Shown: positions 60,095 to 64,000 of the stretch, one piece after another
Layout: every line of letters starts with the position of its first letter
Position numbering within the stretch: the first letter of the stretch is position 1
Origin: Candidatus Akkermansia intestinavium
GTDB lineage: Bacteria; Verrucomicrobiota; Verrucomicrobiia; Verrucomicrobiales; Akkermansiaceae
Direction: 5' to 3'
NCBI GenBank assembly: GCA_019115065.1
Contig: DXEH01000014.1
Coordinates: 10,683 to 74,682, forward strand
Length of the DNA: 64,000 nt
Position numbers and translations under genes: made by a program
Notes under the pieces: generated by a model
What the model was told of the DNA's origin: nothing
Seen by the model: the letters and a program-made list of their open reading frames with translations, nothing else
Databases searched by the model: none

Positions 60095-61722
60095 CGGATG
60101 ACTCTCCCATTTGGCGGCAGCCTCAGTCCACACGGCGCTTGCCGGCACCCCGCCGGTGTGCTCTGCCGGCGCGCCGATCGACGGACGGGACGGACAGGGC
60201 AATACCGGCGCAGGCTGCCATAGCGGTGCCTCCCGCGTGTCGGCGTGTGCTGATCATTTCCAACGTCGCTGATTTGGATCCGGAGGGTATAGGCGTGCGT
60301 GCCGGCGATTTGTGCGTGCATCTGAACCGAGCTCGCTGGTTCGATGAGCTTCGGCGGGTGCCGGGGACTTGGCATGTGCTGCTGGTGCGCTCCGGGCGTT
60401 CTGGGGTAGGTGATCGCATGTGGTTTGAGCCTCCCTGCAAGGATGGATTTTCGCAGGTGTTCTATATCTACGATGCAGCGTTGCGCGTGGGCCGGGCATG
60501 GTGGTCTCGCTACTGCCGGGACAATCCCGGGCAATGCCCGACGACCGGTTACATTGCTGCCAATCTGGCGCGTGAGACCGCACCTCATTTGCCGCTTGTG
60601 CTCGTCGGCTTTGATCCTCTTCGGTCTCACGGTTCGCCGCGCTGGCGAGGGCATGCCTGGGCCTACGAAGCAGACGTTTACCGACGTAAGGCTTTTCGTC
60701 TCTTATCGCCGAGTTCCTCCCGCGCCGCGATAAGTGACGAGTGCAGCGCAGGCTTGCGCCGCTTTGCTCTGCTGATGGCTTCTTATCGACGGCCGGAAGA
60801 TCTGCAACGCCAGATTCTCGCCATGATGGATCTGGATTATCCGCCGGAGCTCTACCACGTCTTTGTTGCAGCCAAGGGGATATCGGAGTTCCATTTCCGC
60901 GCTTTCCTGCTCCCTCTGGTGCAGCATTTCATCGACGCTGGACGCCTCACATTGCGCAGGTGCCCCAATCGAGGACAACTATCCAACCTGCTTGATACCG
61001 TCCGGGGTTGTGATACGTCTGGTTTCGACCTGTTCTGCAAAATCGACGATGACGATATCTACTCGCGGCTGTACCTGCGCACCGTCAACGCCTTTTTCGA
61101 TACGCTCCCTCCGGGATCATCATGCGTGTACAAACACCTGCCATGGGTGCTGCGGCGTGTAGACGCCGTGCCGCATCCCTGTCGGTCGTCTCTGCGCTGC
61201 TGCGGACCGACTCAGGTCTGGCCGCAGCACGTGATGGCACAGATGTGGAGAGGGGAGACGGATGCCGATTTTCGACGCGAGGTCAACCTCCGTTTCGGTA
61301 TCGATTCCGCCGACGTTTCCTTTTCGGAAGATCGATTCATCCTGGGGCTGATGGGTGAGCGGGGAGTTAGGGACATCGGTCCCTTTGCTCGGCGCTATGC
61401 AACGACTCCGCTGGTGACGGTGCAGTTCAGCAATCGATCAGTGATGCGAGGGGGCTTGGTTGATCCGAAGTGGCGCCGCTCTCTCCGTGACTCCACAGGG
61501 GTGGGGGATGAGCCCGTTGAGGATGTGGTGAGCGTTCTGCGCAGTTCCGGCGATGTCGAGACCATCTTGCTGAGGGGCAAACAGTCGCTCAGTCTCAAAA
61601 CGCATGCTGTCGGCGAGGTCCTTGAGTACGCAGCAACTGGCCTGACCATTCGCTGGCAACACGGACTCTCCGAAGAATTTTCTTTAACCAACAACGGAAT
61701 GTATGAATTGCAAAAAACATGA
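60091..61722 (+). CDS. Two-domain glycosyltransferase (sialyltransferase-like N-domain + GT-A/GT2-like domain)
   Basis: 543 aa from the ATG at 60091. The N-domain carries VLIISNVADLDPEGIGVRAGDLCVHLNRA, PTTGYIAANLARE..LVLVGFDP and H.WAYE, which resemble sialyl motifs L/S/VS (GT29/GT42 type). The second domain carries FALLMASYRRPEDLQRQILAMMDLDYP and a DXD-type motif, KIDDDDIY. No TM segment is present. Confidence 0.55.
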   Translation: MTDDSPIWRQPQSTRRLPAPRRCALPARRSTDGTDRAIPAQAAIAVPPACRRVLIISNVADLDPEGIGVRAGDLCVHLNRARWFDELRRVPGTWHVLLVRSGRSGVGDRMWFEPPCKDGFSQVFYIYDAALRVGRAWWSRYCRDNPGQCPTTGYIAANLARETAPHLPLVLVGFDPLRSHGSPRWRGHAWAYEADVYRRKAFRLLSPSSSRAAISDECSAGLRRFALLMASYRRPEDLQRQILAMMDLDYPPELYHVFVAAKGISEFHFRAFLLPLVQHFIDAGRLTLRRCPNRGQLSNLLDTVRGCDTSGFDLFCKIDDDDIYSRLYLRTVNAFFDTLPPGSSCVYKHLPWVLRRVDAVPHPCRSSLRCCGPTQVWPQHVMAQMWRGETDADFRREVNLRFGIDSADVSFSEDRFILGLMGERGVRDIGPFARRYATTPLVTVQFSNRSVMRGGLVDPKWRRSLRDSTGVGDEPVEDVVSVLRSSGDVETILLRGKQSLSLKTHAVGEVLEYAATGLTIRWQHGLSEEFSLTNNGMYELQKT

Positions 61723-61744
61723 AATAAGAAAGAGAACCCGCCAC

Positions 61745-62503
61745 ATGGGTACACTGGTGATCCGCTTGGTGCCGAAGGACGTGGCTCGTGACTTGGTCGT
61801 TCGTGGGCATTACAGCCACAAGTGGCTCGCCTCCTTCGGCATCCACAACTTCGGCATCTTTCGTGAGGGTGCAGAGACGGATGGAGACTGCTTGGGCGTT
61901 GCGAGTTTCGGCTACATGAAGACTCCCAAGGCTCACGTCATCGAGAGCTCTGTCCTCGGCGGATGGATGATTGAGCTCAACCGGATGTGGATCAGCGATG
62001 AGCTCGGACACAACGCCGAGACCATCCTGCTTGGCGCGAGCTTGAAGCTGCTGCGCTCGCTCGATCCCACGATCGTGGCAGTACAGTCATTCGCGGACGG
62101 ACGTGTCGGGTGCGGGACCATTTACAAGGCAGCCAATTTCCGCTATTTCGGCTACCACTGGACGACGTTTCTGCAAAATCGGCGCTCCCGTGAAATCACC
62201 CACGAGCAGATCCTCACGTGCTCCACCTGTGCCAGTGGCTTCGTGCGAACAAACGCCGCCCTGCTGTCGGGCGATATGGATATCTTCCGCGCCAAGACGC
62301 ACCGCTACATCTACTTCCTGCACCCCTCGGCCAAGTTCGTGGGCAACGGGAAAGAGCAGCCGTACCCGCCCTACGAGAAGGGCACGGAACCAGCCATCTG
62401 GTACATCAACCCCGAGCGCCTGAGGCCCCGGCTCATAGCAGCCATGGACACCCTTCTGGAGCGCTGGCCGCACAAGCGCGGCGTGTCGGCCGGCGGGGAA
62501 TGA
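61745..62503 (+). CDS. mom: Mom-like DNA (adenine) modification protein, GNAT-like fold
   Basis: LVIRLVPKDVARDLVVRGHYSHKW...MIELNRMWISDELGHNAETILLGASLKLL...IVAVQSFADGRVGCGTIYKAANFRYFG...KTHRYIYF is collinear with the Mu Mom family pattern. It is the rightmost phage gene, as in Mu. An alternative start is at 61703. Confidence 0.7.
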   Translation: MGTLVIRLVPKDVARDLVVRGHYSHKWLASFGIHNFGIFREGAETDGDCLGVASFGYMKTPKAHVIESSVLGGWMIELNRMWISDELGHNAETILLGASLKLLRSLDPTIVAVQSFADGRVGCGTIYKAANFRYFGYHWTTFLQNRRSREITHEQILTCSTCASGFVRTNAALLSGDMDIFRAKTHRYIYFLHPSAKFVGNGKEQPYPPYEKGTEPAIWYINPERLRPRLIAAMDTLLERWPHKRGVSAGGE

Positions 62504-62510
62504 AGAAAGC

Positions 62511-62532
62511 CACCGGGGCCGAAGCCCCGGTG
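62511..62532 (+). terminator. 9-bp GC hairpin after mom
   Basis: CACCGGGGC and GCCCCGGTG form the stem with a CGAA loop. There is no T-run. Confidence 0.35.
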
Positions 62533-62668
62533 ACCAACTCTAAACCGACAGAATCGGTACCATCCGTCGATGGCGGCGTCATTGTATCGCGGCAAAGATC
62601 GAATTTCAAGAGAAAATCCGGTGGCCATTTGGGCTTGGGGTCTCGAGCTGTTTTGTTGAAACCGTTAT

Positions 62669-63925
62669 TCACCCCAGTGGCGTCACGATATCGTTATTCA
62701 CCCTCACTCTGAGACCTTGCATCAGCCTTCGGCGATAGATTCGTCGGTTGAGCAAAAAACGCTGCCGGAGCTTTGCAAAGAGGTAGGGGACATCCTGCAA
62801 ACCACATGCCTTGCTGACGATTCGCTGAACGGATGCGTTCATCGACTCGATTTTTGCGGAGTTCATCCTGCATCTGATCGTGTTGAGGATGTCGGGAAGA
62901 GCCTTGGCCACACCCCTTGCAAATCGCACGATTCGGCTGATTTTCGAAGCGATAGCCATTCTCACCCAACGGATCATCGACCACGTGGCGACACGCTCAT
63001 GACGCTGCCGAAAGACCGCGCGTAGCTCTTCTTTGAGTGTGTAAGCGGTGTAGAGCTTGCGATTGCGCGCCATGAGTTCCCGGAGTTTACCTTCGCCGCT
63101 TGCATCCAAGTTCTCAGGGCTCTTGAGCAACAGATAACGCGAGTTCTTCAAGAGCTGCAAGTCTGCGTAAGAGGCTCCCTTGATGGCTGCCCTCCTCATT
63201 TTGTCGACGACGGCGTTCATGTTGGCTATGAGGTGATAAGGGTCGTAACATATCCGGATATCAGGGATGTTCGCCAGGGCTGAGGCGCGGTAGGCGTTTC
63301 CGCGATCGATGCCGATGCAATGGATGGATTGCCGCTGCTCGGCTGAGAGAGATTTGAAGAACCCGTCTAGCGCCGTCCTATCTTTACCGGGCGCCATGTA
63401 AAGCGGTTCCCCACTGCGGGCATTGACGACCAAGGTTACAAAGCCGCAAGTTGGTCCAAGATATTTCTCATCAACGACTATGGATTCAAGACCGTCTTTC
63501 GTCGGCTCCGGTTGTGATTGCCTGAGCACCTCCCTGTCAATGCGTCTGACGGTTGAAGCATCGATCCCGTACTTGTAGCCCAAGCTCTCAGCCGGCGCAT
63601 AGACGAACTCGGCCGAGACCGTCTGCATAAAGGAGCGCGTGAAGTGCATCGTAGGGTGGAAGCTGGGCGGTCGGAGCGATGAGAACCGACCGCAGCATGG
63701 ACAAGAGCCGCAGTATACCTCAGCATGTAAAGTGACCTGCCTGCCTTCGACGGGTAAAGCTTGTGCGTAAGTCTCTCTAAGCGAGTGCTTTATTAACCTT
63801 GCAGAGCAGTGGGGACATGAAAATTTGTATCTTTGGTCAATTACCAGCTTGACCTTGATGCTCTTTTCAGCAACAATAGCGCTGCTGACTCTCCAACCTT
63901 GACCTCCGTATAACGAGTTTAGCAT
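62669..63925 (-). CDS. ISL3-family transposase
   Basis: 418 aa. It has an N-terminal zinc-finger region (CPHC...CGSCPCCG) and a DDE domain (VVDEKYLG..., GIDRGNAYR..., NSAKIESMNASVQ). Confidence 0.85.
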   Translation of the reverse strand: MLNSLYGGQGWRVSSAIVAEKSIKVKLVIDQRYKFSCPHCSARLIKHSLRETYAQALPVEGRQVTLHAEVYCGSCPCCGRFSSLRPPSFHPTMHFTRSFMQTVSAEFVYAPAESLGYKYGIDASTVRRIDREVLRQSQPEPTKDGLESIVVDEKYLGPTCGFVTLVVNARSGEPLYMAPGKDRTALDGFFKSLSAEQRQSIHCIGIDRGNAYRASALANIPDIRICYDPYHLIANMNAVVDKMRRAAIKGASYADLQLLKNSRYLLLKSPENLDASGEGKLRELMARNRKLYTAYTLKEELRAVFRQRHERVATWSMIRWVRMAIASKISRIVRFARGVAKALPDILNTIRCRMNSAKIESMNASVQRIVSKACGLQDVPYLFAKLRQRFLLNRRIYRRRLMQGLRVRVNNDIVTPLG

Positions 63926-63930
63926 AAAGT

Positions 63931-63952
63931 CATTGTAGCAGGTGCTACAATG
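63931..63952. promoter_or_regulatory. 10-bp-arm palindrome just upstream of the ISL3 transposase start
   Basis: CATTGTAGCA-gg-TGCTACAATG lies 6 nt upstream of the ATG (minus strand, 63925). Confidence 0.4.
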
Positions 63953-64000
63953 GGAGGCAAGACTGGAGAGTCAGTTTTTTTGTCTGCCGAAGGTCTCCTG

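Larger units (their letters stand above)
33060..62660. mobile_element. Mu-like transposable prophage (exact ends not resolved)
   Basis: A contiguous set of Mu-type genes is present: GemA-like, Gam, MuB-like, MuA-like, Ner-like, repressor, gp27-like TerS, TerL, DUF935-like portal, Mu I protease, Mu G-like, MuF-like and Mom-like. The left limit lies between the pyrD stop (32995) and the early-operon terminator (33194). The right limit lies between the mom stop (62503) and the ISL3 gene (62669). Confidence 0.8.
62600..64000 (-). mobile_element. ISL3-family insertion sequence (ends not defined; may run past the window)
   Basis: It contains the ISL3-type transposase gene. No terminal inverted repeats could be paired within the window. 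Confidence 0.6.

Noticed and set aside
62540-62668. The left inverted repeat of the ISL3 element.
   Set aside because: No sequence here pairs convincingly with the reverse complement of 63926-64000. The other IS end probably lies beyond the window.

Overview
The window is GC-rich and has three parts. (1) Positions 1-29569 hold most of a type VI secretion system (T6SS) cluster on the + strand. Gene order is hcp (3' fragment), tagJ/impE, tssE, tssF, tssG, clpV, a PEP-CTERM-anchored protein, then two tandem cassettes. Each cassette is an evolved vgrG plus an unknown ~400-aa gene. They are followed by a TssJ-like lipoprotein, a PAAR-like protein, tssJ, tssK, tssL, an unusually long tssM, tssA and a further lipoprotein. 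tssB/tssC are not in the window and presumably lie upstream. (2) Positions 29837-32995 carry three housekeeping genes: an FAH-family hydrolase, an NAD-dependent sugar epimerase and pyrD. (3) Positions ~33.1-62.6 kb hold a compact Mu-like transposable prophage. Its early arm is on the minus strand: Ner-like, SSB, MuA-like transposase, MuB-like ATPase, Gam, GemA-like. A low-GC immunity region contains an XRE repressor and two ribbon-helix-helix (RHH) proteins. The late arm is on the + strand: amidase endolysin, gp27-like TerS, TerL, DUF935-like portal, Mu I protease/scaffold, capsid, tail genes and tape measure. It ends with a two-domain glycosyltransferase and a Mom-like DNA-modification gene. 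An ISL3-family transposase (62669-63925, minus) abuts the phage right end. The most unusual items are listed here. First, the duplicated vgrG+unknown-partner cassettes, whose VgrG C-termini are rich in glycine zippers. Second, a PEP-CTERM protein translationally coupled to clpV. Third, G-poor repeat-bearing leaders. Fourth, three GTTCC-N2-GGAAC palindromes bracketing the phage repressor gene. Fifth, a CGCTCAT heptamer array plus a tRNA-like cloverleaf just upstream of the lysis/late genes. Sixth, toxin-like C-terminal extensions on the portal and MuF-like proteins. Seventh, a sialyltransferase-like/GT-A fusion enzyme next to mom. All functional calls rest on reading the supplied translations for family-typical motifs, gene order and hand-folded hairpins. 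No database search was possible. The many long antisense ORFs in the track are treated as GC-driven shadow ORFs.
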